Shown: one piece after another, positions 50,369 to 59,976 of the stretch
Layout of the letters: each line of letters starts with the position of its first letter
Position numbering within the stretch: the stretch's first letter is position 1
Origin: a virus
DNA: 64,000 bases
Reading direction: 5' to 3' (one strand)
Virus record (IMG/VR): IMGVR_UViG_3300025664_000001
Location: 6,652 to 70,651 of that record
The notes under the pieces: generated by a model
Database searches by the model: none
What the model saw: only the letters and a program-made list of their open reading frames with translations
What the model was told of the DNA's origin: nothing
Translations under genes and position numbers: made by a program

Positions 50369-50392
50369 CTCTTGTCGTTCTGGAAGTATGCC

Positions 50393-50426
50393 GAAGCCCC
50401 GGGGTTTGCGCCCCGGGGCTTTTTTG
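50393..50426 (+). terminator. intrinsic terminator at the convergence of late and replication operons
   Basis: AAGCCCCGGGG-TTTGCG-CCCCGGGGCTT followed by TTTT. Confidence 0.85.
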
Positions 50427-50449
50427 CTGACTCCTTCTTGTTGTTGACT

Positions 50450-50749
50450 TTAGCAGTAGTGCGGGCGTTCCTCGGGGAACACGTCCGGGGGCTCGCCCTC
50501 GTTGACAATGGCGCGGTAGACGCCGTCGCTCAGGACGCTCCAGATCGGCTTACGGCCATCGTTGACGGTCCTGTCCAGCACTTCGTTCAAAGCGTATGCG
50601 GACTCGATGGCGGCATCTTCGCTGGCGAACCGCTGCACTGGGTGCCCGTCGAGCACTTCCAGATTACCAGCCTCGTACCACCAGCCGCCTTCTTCTGGGC
50701 CGCCGTAGCGCTGGCCAACTAAGTACGTCGCGACTGAGAAAAGTTTCAT
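50450..50749 (-). CDS. conserved phage protein (YGGPEEGGWWY)
   Basis: recognisable motif, ends P..RPHY. Confidence 0.7.
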   Translation of the reverse strand: MKLFSVATYLVGQRYGGPEEGGWWYEAGNLEVLDGHPVQRFASEDAAIESAYALNEVLDRTVNDGRKPIWSVLSDGVYRAIVNEGEPPDVFPEERPHYC

Positions 50750-51318
50750 TTGATTGCTACCTTCACTTTGCGGCTCGGCCATTGGGGGAAATACTTTCCG
50801 AGCTTGCTGACGTTGGAGATTTGCATGGTCTTCCAGACTTGCGTCTCACCCGAGGGGAGCGTGACGGTCAGGAAGGACCATCCCCAAATGTGATTGCCCG
50901 AGAGAGTGGCGGACGTGGCCGGGCCGATCTTGTTGACCAGCTTGGCGATGAACATATCGTATTGGGCGACGGCGGCCTCACGATAATTCTTGATCATCCG
51001 GGCGACCGCCTCGGGGGCCACGTCGGCGAGGCAAGGTCCGTCGAAGGGGTTGTAGGTGGACTTGCGCCACTTCGCGAGCGACGAGAACAGCCGGTACTTG
51101 GCGAGCATCCGGTGATAATTCTCCCTCGAACCGTAGTTCGTTCCGGGAGGGTAGGGAGCGACGGCGTTAATGTCGTTGCCGGCCTCGGCGAGAGCCTTGC
51201 GAACGTACTCGACCGTGGCGTTGGCCTTGTCTTCGGCGCTCTTGATCGCGTCGGCCCGAAGGGGCTCGACGGCGAGGGCTACCGGGTGACTGAGATATTT
51301 GTCCATTGGGGTTTTCAT
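50746..51318 (-). CDS. conserved phage early protein
   Basis: NVSKLGK.F.QWP motif; downstream of a promoter. Confidence 0.65.
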   Translation of the reverse strand: MKTPMDKYLSHPVALAVEPLRADAIKSAEDKANATVEYVRKALAEAGNDINAVAPYPPGTNYGSRENYHRMLAKYRLFSSLAKWRKSTYNPFDGPCLADVAPEAVARMIKNYREAAVAQYDMFIAKLVNKIGPATSATLSGNHIWGWSFLTVTLPSGETQVWKTMQISNVSKLGKYFPQWPSRKVKVAIK

Positions 51319-51384
51319 GGTGTGCTTCCGAAAGGGTCTGAGGGAGGGCCACCTGATTGGCCGCGCTTTGTTTCCCTCACTACT

Positions 51385-51447
51385 GAGATAGCACTACGGG
51401 GCCTCGTTTCCAAGGCCCCGTTTACACGTTCTCTGCTATTGGTTAAC
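51385..51447 (-). promoter_or_regulatory. early promoter with GTTAAC-N13-CGTGTAAAC box
   Basis: TTGGAA-N17-TATCTC with the same spacing as 2274-2336. Confidence 0.65.
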
Positions 51448-51453
51448 GAAAAC

Positions 51454-51882
51454 CTACCCGGTCTGCCGGCGAATTTCGGCGATCTTCGCCTCGATCTGCC
51501 CGAGAGTGGTGGCCTGCTTCGCCGTTAGGACGGGATAGGTGGCGGCAAGAAGACTCTTCAGGAATTCCTTTTCCCACGCACTCAGGTCGCCCGGGTGATT
51601 TAGCAGCGCATGGATGCGGTCGTTCTTTGAGAGTTTGCGCTTGGATGACGCGCGGCCGGACGCGCTGAAGAACGGACTGACGGGCGGAACGTGCGTGCGG
51701 AAGATTTCCCGGACGATGATGCGCGGCTCTTGGACCGTGAGCATGGCCGCCAGAGCGTGCCAGTCTTTCTTGTGGGCGGCGAGATGGCGCCGGATGGCCG
51801 CGACCGCCGCAAGCACTTCACCGTCCTGATCGGAGCCGAGCAGGGGGATCAGTAGCTTGAGGCGTTCGACGAAGTCGGCCAT
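51454..51882 (-). CDS. conserved alphaproteobacterial phage protein
   Basis: LL.SD.DGE.LAA...DWH; LS.WE.EFL...LT.KQ. Confidence 0.7.
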   Translation of the reverse strand: MADFVERLKLLIPLLGSDQDGEVLAAVAAIRRHLAAHKKDWHALAAMLTVQEPRIIVREIFRTHVPPVSPFFSASGRASSKRKLSKNDRIHALLNHPGDLSAWEKEFLKSLLAATYPVLTAKQATTLGQIEAKIAEIRRQTG

Positions 51883-51886
51883 GGGT

Positions 51887-52246
51887 CTACAGGATAATTA
51901 CTTCCAGCCCTAACGCGATGGCTGTCGCCCGTTCGGCGGTAGCTCCCTTGCTGCTCTCCCAGCCGGGAAGCAAGGCAACGGCGTCGGCCTCTCGGCAGAT
52001 AAACACTAGGTCAGCTTCCAACGCCTCGCGCAGATTAAAGCCGTGCTCTTTGGCAGCTACGGACTCGTCGCCCGTCGCGTTGCCTTTGGAGATATCGGTG
52101 CCATGGCGTTCGTTGTCTTTTTCGGCCGGGCTAAAGACCGTGTGGCCTAGAGCCCGTAGCTTGGCGGCAGCGTAATGGAACGCCGGGAAGTTGAACTCCG
52201 CAATGCCGCGCATCGGTCCTGCTAGATAGATTTTCACGGCTTCCAT
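51887..52246 (-). CDS. DUF4406 / nucleoside 2-deoxyribosyltransferase-like protein
   Basis: IYLAGPMRG...FN.PAF, LPGWE.SKGA..E. Confidence 0.85.
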   Translation of the reverse strand: MEAVKIYLAGPMRGIAEFNFPAFHYAAAKLRALGHTVFSPAEKDNERHGTDISKGNATGDESVAAKEHGFNLREALEADLVFICREADAVALLPGWESSKGATAERATAIALGLEVIIL

Positions 52247-52515
52247 ACCTCCTGCTTGCCCTTGCCATCGGGTGCCCAGACGATGCTGGCGATGGTACGC
52301 TGCACGCCGCTGATCGGGTCAATCAGCTTGTACTGGGTCTCGTCGGCCAGCACGTCGATGGTGGCGGGCTCAAGGCCGATCATGCAGACAACGCGGCCCG
52401 ACACGCCATCGAACACGAAGCTGAAGGCGCGGACGCCTTCGATGGTCTTCCCAGTCTTCTCGTCGATAAGCAAGAGAGGCTTGCCGACTCCTTCATGCGA
52501 AATTCTCGTGGGCAT
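52234..52515 (-). CDS. hypothetical protein
   Basis: GGAG RBS before MPTRIS. Confidence 0.6.
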   Translation of the reverse strand: MPTRISHEGVGKPLLLIDEKTGKTIEGVRAFSFVFDGVSGRVVCMIGLEPATIDVLADETQYKLIDPISGVQRTIASIVWAPDGKGKQEVWKP

Positions 52516-52609
52516 GGTTTCTCTCCGGTTGGAGTCGCGCGTCCCGGCGGTCGCCGTGTCCCTCACCCCTGAGAGACTAGCGATTGTTCCCCCGAGACGC
52601 GCAACCAGT

Positions 52610-52936
52610 TTAGGCGAACTTCGGACGGGCCATGCCCGGCTTGAAGCCCGCGAGGGCACGAACAGCGGCTCCCTTGTAGCGGGAGAAATCGATCTTCCAG
52701 TGTCCGAACTTGATGGCGATGCGCTGCACGATGACTCGCGTTCCCTCGACGAGCCCCGGGTTCCGCATGAACATCAAGCGAGAGACGATGGCAGTGTGAA
52801 TCCATTCAGCGTACGGCTCGACAAGCTGCACGACCATGTAGCGCACGTTGCGCGGCGAGGCTCCCCCTTCATTCTTCTTCTTGAGCTTCGCCAGTAGGCC
52901 CTTGGCCAGCTTGTTCAACCAATTATCTTTTGCCAT
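52610..52936 (-). CDS. hypothetical protein
   Basis: GGAG RBS. Confidence 0.6.
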   Translation of the reverse strand: MAKDNWLNKLAKGLLAKLKKKNEGGASPRNVRYMVVQLVEPYAEWIHTAIVSRLMFMRNPGLVEGTRVIVQRIAIKFGHWKIDFSRYKGAAVRALAGFKPGMARPKFA

Positions 52937-52948
52937 GGGCGTGACTCC

Positions 52949-54496
52949 CTATATCCACTTGCTCAGCGGAGTGCCAAGCACTGCGTGGGACAGAACCTTC
53001 TTCTCCCGTAGCACGTCCATGATGCGCTCGTCAATGGTGCCCGGGGCATAGAAATCGATGTAGCGGACGACCTTCTTTTGCCCGATGCGGCGCGTGCGGA
53101 ACTCGGACTGAATCCGGTGCTCCAGATTGAAGGTGTTCGAATAGTAGATGTTCAAATCTCCGGCCGTCAGCGTGTGGCTGTAGGCCATGGCCGACGAGGC
53201 AACGATGAAGCGCAGAAGCTCCGCCTCTTGGAAGTCGCGGATAACCCGGCGCCGCTCTTCCTGATCGGTGCTTCCGTAGTAGCGGGCCACGACCCCGGGT
53301 CCAAAAATCTTGGTCAGATGATCGAAGGCGTCTTCGCCCGTCTGCCGGTAGGCCGCCCAGACGATTGCCTTGTCCGGATGATCCTCTAGGATTTCTCCGA
53401 GGGTCGAGAGACGGTTGTTCGGAATCGACTTGTAGGAGTCCGGGCCGAGCTTCAACTGGCCGCACGTGATCTGATGCAGCCGCTCGAACTGAGAGAGCAC
53501 GTTGTGCGCTTCGATGATCAGCGCCTCTTCCCCGGGCTCGCCGACGTACGCACCCTTCCCTAACGCCCCCTGCAACGTCACCATGGCAGTGTCACGCATC
53601 TCGTCGTAGAGCTTCCGCTGCTCTTTCGTGAGGGGGATGGCGCGCTTGTCGTAGAGCTTCCCGGGCAGATCGACACACTCGTCGAGCGTGATGATGCTGG
53701 AGAATTTCTTCAAGCGCTCTTGAAGCTCGTCGAGCCGCTGGTAGCCAACGACCTTGTCGAACGACGGTCGGTTCGGCCCCATGTACTGCTTCTTCAGGAC
53801 GCCATAGTAGTTGCGGAAGGCGTAGTAGTTGTCGAACCCGAGCACGGGCTCTTTCGTCAGCATGAGCGTCTGACCCCACACGTCGAGCGGCCCCTTCGGG
53901 TTCGGGAGCCCAGCCATGATGCGGCGGTAGGGAGTCAGATCACGCAGCGTGATCATGCGCTTGGCGCGCTGGTTCTTCTTGCTGGCCTTGCCGCGCGTGC
54001 TCAGCGTTGTCAGGTTCTTGAGCCACGTCGCCTCGTCGCCGACCCAGAAGACTCGGGTGTCGAAGCGCTCGTAGAATTCATGGACGCTATCCCAGCACGT
54101 GTCGCCGTCCACCGCCTCGACGTTGACGACGAGGATGCGCAGGGTGTGCTTCTCGCGTATGTTGAGGAACTTATCCCAGCGGGCTTGCGCGCCCTTCTGC
54201 TTGAACGTGTCGCTGTCAAACGTGAAGACTTCACGCGCAACCTCGTCGGGCAGATGGTCGGGGATAAGGTGCTCGGGCCAGTTGTCGTACTCGCCCTTCT
54301 TGGCAAATACGATGGCGGCATCGATCATGTCGTCAAGGAAAAGATGCGCCCACGTCCAAAGGATGACCGCGGACTTGCCGGTGCCCATCTCCATGAACAT
54401 CGCCCAGTACGGCAGATCGCACGTCTGGTTGTAGATGCGCAACTGATGCGCATACGGCGGAAGTCCGTTCGGGTTCTTGAAAATGAAACTTGACAA
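52949..54496 (-). CDS. SNF2-family helicase
   Basis: MEMGTGKS, DEAT, G.P, Q...RTRRIGQ; TTG start at 54496 with GGAG RBS. Confidence 0.9.
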   Translation of the reverse strand: MSSFIFKNPNGLPPYAHQLRIYNQTCDLPYWAMFMEMGTGKSAVILWTWAHLFLDDMIDAAIVFAKKGEYDNWPEHLIPDHLPDEVAREVFTFDSDTFKQKGAQARWDKFLNIREKHTLRILVVNVEAVDGDTCWDSVHEFYERFDTRVFWVGDEATWLKNLTTLSTRGKASKKNQRAKRMITLRDLTPYRRIMAGLPNPKGPLDVWGQTLMLTKEPVLGFDNYYAFRNYYGVLKKQYMGPNRPSFDKVVGYQRLDELQERLKKFSSIITLDECVDLPGKLYDKRAIPLTKEQRKLYDEMRDTAMVTLQGALGKGAYVGEPGEEALIIEAHNVLSQFERLHQITCGQLKLGPDSYKSIPNNRLSTLGEILEDHPDKAIVWAAYRQTGEDAFDHLTKIFGPGVVARYYGSTDQEERRRVIRDFQEAELLRFIVASSAMAYSHTLTAGDLNIYYSNTFNLEHRIQSEFRTRRIGQKKVVRYIDFYAPGTIDERIMDVLREKKVLSHAVLGTPLSKWI

Positions 54497-54698
54497 TGGG
54501 GTCTCCGAAAGAATCCCCCGAGCACGCCCGCGTCGCGGGTATACATGCTCGGGGGCCGGGTACTGCCCAGCCGCGGCGAAGGCAGTCCCTCGGTCTCGCG
54601 GCTCAGACTCACCCCCAGTTGTCGAGGCCGAACGGGGAGTCCAATTTCGCCAACGCCGCTTAGACCGGCGGACTACTAACCGCGAGGCTTCCGTTTTC

Positions 54699-55655
54699 CT
54701 AGAACGGAATCTCGTCGTCCAAGTCTTCCTGACCGGCATTGCCGCCGCCGTTGCCGCCGGCCGGGGCACTCGCCCCAGCGTTGGCGTCCACGTCGTCGAG
54801 CACTGCGCGACGCACAAGGCCCTTCCGGAACTGTTCCGAGAACGCCTTGGCCATGGTCCAAATCTCGGGCTCTCCGTTGATAAGAATGTCTTTCGTCATC
54901 AGGCCCTTGTTCTCAGGGTCAGCCGACGACGGCCCAAGCTTGGCGATGCGATACTTCCACCACGAATTCCCGTTCTTCGTTTCCATGAAGGACGTGGCCT
55001 TCATCGGGTAGAGATAGCGAAGAATGTGGTTCGTGCCGGGGATGGGCCAGTCCTTGACGAAGTCGTTGATCGCTCGCGAGCCGCCGAGACCCGTGGACTT
55101 CATGGGCATGATGGCTTCGAACGGCCGGCCCGACTTCGACATGCCGATGATGTAGTGGAACGCGGTCTCTTCCAGCACGTTGCCAGTGGCGGCGTCGTGC
55201 GTGCGCTTCTTCTCGTCGATGACCAGCTTGATCTTGCCGTTGTTCGCGGTCTTGATGTACTCGCGGTCATGGTCAGCGACCCATCCCTTGAGTCCCTTCT
55301 CACGGTCGAGCCATTCGCTGATCACGACTTCGTACGCTACCGGCACGAAGGGGAAGCCGTTCTCACGGTCCCAAAGCTCGCCGGTTGCAGTGTTGTAGAA
55401 CATCGACGGGCGAGCGCCCTTCACCTGCTTCTCGCCGCCTTCCGCAACTTGCGGGGAGCCGGGCTGGAGCAGATAGATGTAAGGAACGGATACGTCGCCG
55501 AGCCCGAGCTTTTCGGGGGCCGCTTCCGCCGCGGCAACAAGCTCGGCAAGCGCGACACTGTCGGCAGTCGCCGGCACTTGCGAGCCTACCTTGGCAATGT
55601 CAGTGCCCACGGCGGCTTCAGCCACCGGAGCGTCAGTCTGAGTCTCTTTCGTCAT
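54699..55655 (-). CDS. single-stranded DNA-binding protein
   Basis: D...PY..LLQ..SPQV family motif; acidic tail DLDDEIPF. Confidence 0.7.
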   Translation of the reverse strand: MTKETQTDAPVAEAAVGTDIAKVGSQVPATADSVALAELVAAAEAAPEKLGLGDVSVPYIYLLQPGSPQVAEGGEKQVKGARPSMFYNTATGELWDRENGFPFVPVAYEVVISEWLDREKGLKGWVADHDREYIKTANNGKIKLVIDEKKRTHDAATGNVLEETAFHYIIGMSKSGRPFEAIMPMKSTGLGGSRAINDFVKDWPIPGTNHILRYLYPMKATSFMETKNGNSWWKYRIAKLGPSSADPENKGLMTKDILINGEPEIWTMAKAFSEQFRKGLVRRAVLDDVDANAGASAPAGGNGGGNAGQEDLDDEIPF

Positions 55656-55658
55656 AGG

Positions 55659-56270
55659 TTATTCCTTCTTCTTCCGGGGCTTCTTGGGCATTACAACTTC
55701 AGCCTTCTCGATGCTGTAGCACGAGAACAGCTTTTCGGGAAACGGTCGTTGATCTTCGGGCAGTAGATGCTGTTCCTCGACCCGGTCGCGCGCGAAGACG
55801 CGCAGCGTAGACGGATGGACGTAGTGGTTGATGCGCACAAGCGAACCGAACTCGTTGTCCTTGCGCAGCTTCTCCAGCGCAGCCGCGGCCTTGTCCAGAT
55901 CGCCCTTGTCGAAATCTATTTCGAGCGACGGAGTGATCAGCGACGAGTTGCCGTGATCGATCAGCCACGCGAACGCCGCGTCGTGGTTCTCTTTCGTGAT
56001 CGAAGCGAACGTGATGTTATTCACTTCGATAGAACTGCCATCCTGCATGACGAGCGACTTGATGCCCGCTTCCTTCATGGCCTCGGGCAGATATTTCTCT
56101 TCGAGCTTCTTGATTTTCTCAGCGACGACGACGCCGGCCGCGGCGAGCGCGGCAAGGTTCGACTGCTCTTCCAAAAGTTCCTTGGCGTACTTCGACACAA
56201 GCGCTTGCGCGGGCTCATTCATTTCGGTCGCCGCGGCGACAAGCTCTTCAAGATCGATTTGCTTGGACAT
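55659..56270 (-). CDS. conserved replication-module protein
   Basis: LPEAM.E.G....DG, AF.WL, VHPSTL motif usually paired with this SSB type. Confidence 0.7.
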   Translation of the reverse strand: MSKQIDLEELVAAATEMNEPAQALVSKYAKELLEEQSNLAALAAAGVVVAEKIKKLEEKYLPEAMKEAGIKSLVMQDGSSIEVNNITFASITKENHDAAFAWLIDHGNSSLITPSLEIDFDKGDLDKAAAALEKLRKDNEFGSLVRINHYVHPSTLRVFARDRVEEQHLLPEDQRPFPEKLFSCYSIEKAEVVMPKKPRKKKE

Positions 56271-56457
56271 GGTCTCTCCAGAAAAAACGCGACCGCCGCA
56301 TCCGCGGCCACTTCAGCATCCGTTCTATTCCCCCGATATTTCCGAGCCGGGACTTACCGGCGCGGGTGCCTTTGCCCTCGGGGTGAGCGGGGCCTATGGG
56401 CCGGCTCCAGCGGCGCGAGCGCTCGCGTCGGTGGCTTACCTAGCTTCCCACGCCCTA

Positions 56458-56509
56458 AACGCCTAGCACCGTGGCAATAGGCCGTCAAGCGTAATGAATC
56501 AGGGGTTAA
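56458..56509 (-). promoter_or_regulatory. promoter for the SSB operon with CtrA-like box
   Basis: minus strand TTAA-N7-TTCA, then TTGACG-N17-TAGGCG. Confidence 0.5.
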
Positions 56510-56928
56510 TTCCTCCCCAGAATCGTCGCCAACTCGCTCCACGTCGTCAGGTATTGCCAGCCGGTTTCCCGGAGAATCGCATCCACGGCTATGAAGACAT
56601 GCTTGCCATAGGCCCGGCGCTCTGCGCGTAGGGCTACAGCGCCCGGAATGATCAGGGTGCCACACGTCCCCTCGTCGATGTAGGCCAGCACCCAGCACGT
56701 CCCCGGCGCCGCCTTGAGCCGTCGCCTAATCCACGGAAGCTGGAATAGCTCAAACTTCAGCCAGCCGTCGTGCGCGACCTTCAGTTCGATCCATCCCTGC
56801 CCGAACCCCTTGACGGCGAAGTTCACGTCCGGCGTGCCGGTGTCGGCCGTGTTCTCGACGCGCTGGAAGTCGCCGTAAGGGAAGAGCCCGGGCTTGGCAT
56901 GCTTGTTCCAGAAATCGGTCTCAAGCAT
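56506..56928 (-). CDS. PD-(D/E)xK nuclease / Holliday junction resolvase (VRR-NUC-like)
   Basis: E..FW, RVEN...GTPDV, WIELK, Q..W. Confidence 0.8.
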   Translation of the reverse strand: MLETDFWNKHAKPGLFPYGDFQRVENTADTGTPDVNFAVKGFGQGWIELKVAHDGWLKFELFQLPWIRRRLKAAPGTCWVLAYIDEGTCGTLIIPGAVALRAERRAYGKHVFIAVDAILRETGWQYLTTWSELATILGRN

Positions 56929-57421
56929 CGTCTTTCTCCCAGTCGGCTCGGTCGTCATCCCGTATGCAGCCCGCGGGCCAGTCATCCATCGGTTTGCAGA
57001 TCGGGTTAGCGCTTTGCAGCGCGCGGCGCTTGTCTCTTTCCGCCATCTCGGTTGCGCACAACGTTGCGGCGCGATGCGCACGGCGCTGTTGATTCTCGGA
57101 ATGTGTGATGGGCTCAAGGTGCTCGACCCGGATGCATCCGCGCTGATAGCACATATGATCCACGTCGAAGCCCTCGGGTATCGGCCCGCGCTGCGCTCGC
57201 CACGATAGACGGTGCGCTGCCCACATGAACCCATGAAACCGGATGCGACCGTAGAACCCACCGCGCCCGCGGCCGGAGTGGCCGCCCGTGAAGATGTGAC
57301 ACTCGCTCGGCACGCCAGCGATGACATGGCCCCGGTGCTCGACCGAAATCCGCTGTGCGAGCTTCTCACGGGCTTCGGCCCAGAGCGCTTCCCCGTGCAG
57401 GTTGGCAAACAGCTTCGGCAC
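56921..57421 (-). CDS. HNH homing endonuclease
   Basis: AHRLSW...GPIPEG..VDHMC....C....HLE..T..EN. Confidence 0.9.
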   Translation of the reverse strand: MPKLFANLHGEALWAEAREKLAQRISVEHRGHVIAGVPSECHIFTGGHSGRGRGGFYGRIRFHGFMWAAHRLSWRAQRGPIPEGFDVDHMCYQRGCIRVEHLEPITHSENQQRRAHRAATLCATEMAERDKRRALQSANPICKPMDDWPAGCIRDDDRADWEKDDA

Positions 57422-59494
57422 TTACGCAGCCTCTTTCCACTCTTTAAGCTCGCCCCAGTTCGGTCCCCACTTCGGCGACGCGATGTGCGGCACTTCGAAG
57501 TCGATGGCGTGCTCCATGATTTCCGTGATCATGTGAACCTCGGCCGGGTCGTTGGCGTAGCTGCCATTCAGTTCGTCGTATATCTGAATCTGCGGAGTCA
57601 GTCCAGCCCGCGCCAGCTTGACGATGGCGGTCTTCATCTGATCGGCCGACGAGCCTTGCACCTTGGCGTTGATGGCCTTGAAGATGCCGTCACGCTCGAC
57701 GCCGTCTTCACCCCAGAGCGCGACCGCCGCTTCGCGCGTGCGCACGGGCGGCTCCCAGACGTATTGCTCGTCGCCGAACTTCCGGCGCTTGCACCACATC
57801 TTGAACCGGCGCTTGCGCCCGAGGATGGTGCGGACGTAACCGTTGTTCTTGGCCTCTTGCTGCGCGGCCTTGGACACCGCCTTCACGAACGGCACGCCGG
57901 CATGGTAGGCTTTCAGAATGTCTTTGGCAGCGTCGATGCTGATGCCGAGCTTCAGTGCCAGCTTGGCGACGCCCATGCCATAGGAGCTTCCGAGATTGAT
58001 TTCCTTGGCCGGCGCCCGGCCCGGCTTGCCCGGTGCGAAGCGCACGTCCCCGGTGCGCGCGTAGATCAGCCCTTGAACCATCGTGTGATAGTCGAGCCCG
58101 CGATCTGCGATGAACTTGGCCCGCGCCTCGTCGGCCCCGGTGAAGCTTTTCAGATAGGCGAAGTGAATCATGTTGCGCGGCTCTTGCTGATTGTAGTCGC
58201 GCTTGAACCAGAACAGCCCATCGTCCGGCACCCATCCCTTACGGATGATCGGCCCCCAGACCGGGTTCCGCGTCGGCACTTGCGTAAGGCAGGGGTTGCT
58301 CGACGCGATGCGCCCAGTGCGCGTGCCGCGCGCGTCCTTCCGTCCGCCGCCCTCGTTCTCTTCGGCGTCGTCACCTTCGCGAAGCTGGTGCCACTGGCAA
58401 TGCACTCGCCCGTTGATGTGCTGCTCCAGCACTTGCCCTTCCATGAAGTCGCGGCGCATCTTCAGCGTCCGTCGATACTCCATTAGGGCCATGGCCCACG
58501 GCACCTTCGGTGCGATGCTCGCCAGCCACTCGTTGCGGACAGACGGGACGCCGTTCGGGTGTGGCTTCGTCGGCTTCGTGTAGGGAATCTGCACGCCCAT
58601 GGTCTTCAGTACGTCGGCGATATCGTCGCCCGAGCCCGGGTTGAAATCCTTACCCGCCACGTCGCGAAGCTGCTTGAGCATGGTCGCTTCTTTCGCCTTC
58701 GTCTCTTCGACGGTGCGTTCGAAGTAGTCCAGATCGACCTTGACGCCGCGCAGACGCATGGCCCAGAGGATAGGGGTAAGCTCGCTCTCCAGATTGAACA
58801 CGGGCATCAGGCGCTCACGCTCCAGCTTCTTCAACTGGAGCATGAACACGCGCAGCGTTAGATCAGGGTCAAGCTCTGCGTACGGGCCGACGAGCGACGA
58901 GTGGACGCGCGACATGATCTTCTTGGCGTTGGGCTCGCCCAGCGCCGCGGCGGCCTGATCGAGCAGCACTTCGTCCTTGCCCTGCCCGAGATAGTCGAGC
59001 GCGAGACTGTCGAGCGAGTAGCCGGCCTCGCGGTCTTCGTCGAGCAGCGGCTCGGCCACTTGGATATCAACGACGGGTCCGAAGACGGTGGCACCGATTG
59101 ACCAGAGAGCTTCCAGATCGTACGGAGCGTTCGCGAACACCTTCGTCTGCTCAGTGCGCGAGACTTGCTCGCGCGTGTAGCGGGCGACGGCGTCGGGGTC
59201 TAGGTTGCCGTCCGCATGGCGCGTCGGCAAATAGAACTTGTGATGGTCCGTCGCGAAGCTGACGCCGCACACGTAGGCGTCGCCGCGGATGAATCCCGGG
59301 CCTTGCTGATCCAGCTTCAGGTCATGGGTCTCAGTGTCCACGCCAATGTACTTCGCGTACGACAAGTCCGGCCAGTCCGCCGGTTGCAGCGGCTTCCAGT
59401 TCGAGTCAGGCATGAAGAGGGGCAACTGATCAGACGAAGCCTTCTTCGGCTCCGCCTTAACAGGTAGCCCGGTGGCCGGGTCGATCAGTACCAT
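57422..59494 (-). CDS. polA: DNA polymerase family A with 3'-5' exonuclease
   Basis: DTET exo; TGR..S; motif A DYNQQEPR; motif B K.INLG..YGMG; motif C IYDE. Confidence 0.95.
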   Translation of the reverse strand: MVLIDPATGLPVKAEPKKASSDQLPLFMPDSNWKPLQPADWPDLSYAKYIGVDTETHDLKLDQQGPGFIRGDAYVCGVSFATDHHKFYLPTRHADGNLDPDAVARYTREQVSRTEQTKVFANAPYDLEALWSIGATVFGPVVDIQVAEPLLDEDREAGYSLDSLALDYLGQGKDEVLLDQAAAALGEPNAKKIMSRVHSSLVGPYAELDPDLTLRVFMLQLKKLERERLMPVFNLESELTPILWAMRLRGVKVDLDYFERTVEETKAKEATMLKQLRDVAGKDFNPGSGDDIADVLKTMGVQIPYTKPTKPHPNGVPSVRNEWLASIAPKVPWAMALMEYRRTLKMRRDFMEGQVLEQHINGRVHCQWHQLREGDDAEENEGGGRKDARGTRTGRIASSNPCLTQVPTRNPVWGPIIRKGWVPDDGLFWFKRDYNQQEPRNMIHFAYLKSFTGADEARAKFIADRGLDYHTMVQGLIYARTGDVRFAPGKPGRAPAKEINLGSSYGMGVAKLALKLGISIDAAKDILKAYHAGVPFVKAVSKAAQQEAKNNGYVRTILGRKRRFKMWCKRRKFGDEQYVWEPPVRTREAAVALWGEDGVERDGIFKAINAKVQGSSADQMKTAIVKLARAGLTPQIQIYDELNGSYANDPAEVHMITEIMEHAIDFEVPHIASPKWGPNWGELKEWKEAA

Positions 59495-59976
59495 TATTTG
59501 CGATTGGGATGCGTTACGTCAACGTCGGATAGCCCGCGGGGTTTCTTCTTGAAGACGCTGCCGAGGATTGCGGACTCGCCGCTCTCGATCAGTTCGTTCA
59601 TCAGCTTTTGCATCGCATGGTCGGGGGACTTGGCCCGGTCATCGATCAGGGCGCCGACGGCCTTCGCGTCAAGGATGATGAACGCGCACGCCATGATGTG
59701 TGCCTCGTGCGGGTAGCCGGACTCTTCGTCCACTTCCTCGCCGTCCGCGGCGAGCAGAGTGTGCCGCATGATCGCTTCCAAATAGACCATGTGCCGCACG
59801 TGCTTGGCCCGCCAGTTCCACGGGCCGTACTTGACGGCGCCGCCGCCCATCACGCGCGCGAGCCAGAGCAGGGCCGGTGACATGATCAGACGGAGCGGAA
59901 CTTTCTTGAGCCCGAGTAAATCTTTCGGGTTCGTCGTCGTGGCTTTCGAGCTAACGACGGGGACGCTTCTTGCCAT
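59494..59976 (-). CDS. dATP/dGTP diphosphohydrolase-like (DUF5664)
   Basis: NPKD..G..K, GA.KYG.WNWR, RH, D.ESG.PH.AH. Confidence 0.85.
   Translation of the reverse strand: MARSVPVVSSKATTTNPKDLLGLKKVPLRLIMSPALLWLARVMGGGAVKYGPWNWRAKHVRHMVYLEAIMRHTLLAADGEEVDEESGYPHEAHIMACAFIILDAKAVGALIDDRAKSPDHAMQKLMNELIESGESAILGSVFKKKPRGLSDVDVTHPNRK

Noticed and set aside
54505-54695. Possible tRNA or hammerhead ribozyme
   Set aside because: No TTC-loop/anticodon geometry and no CUGANGA core; retained only as a generic structured RNA
57422-59494. Intein or intron in PolA, TerL or helicase
   Set aside because: Lengths are normal and motifs contiguous; no Hint signatures seen
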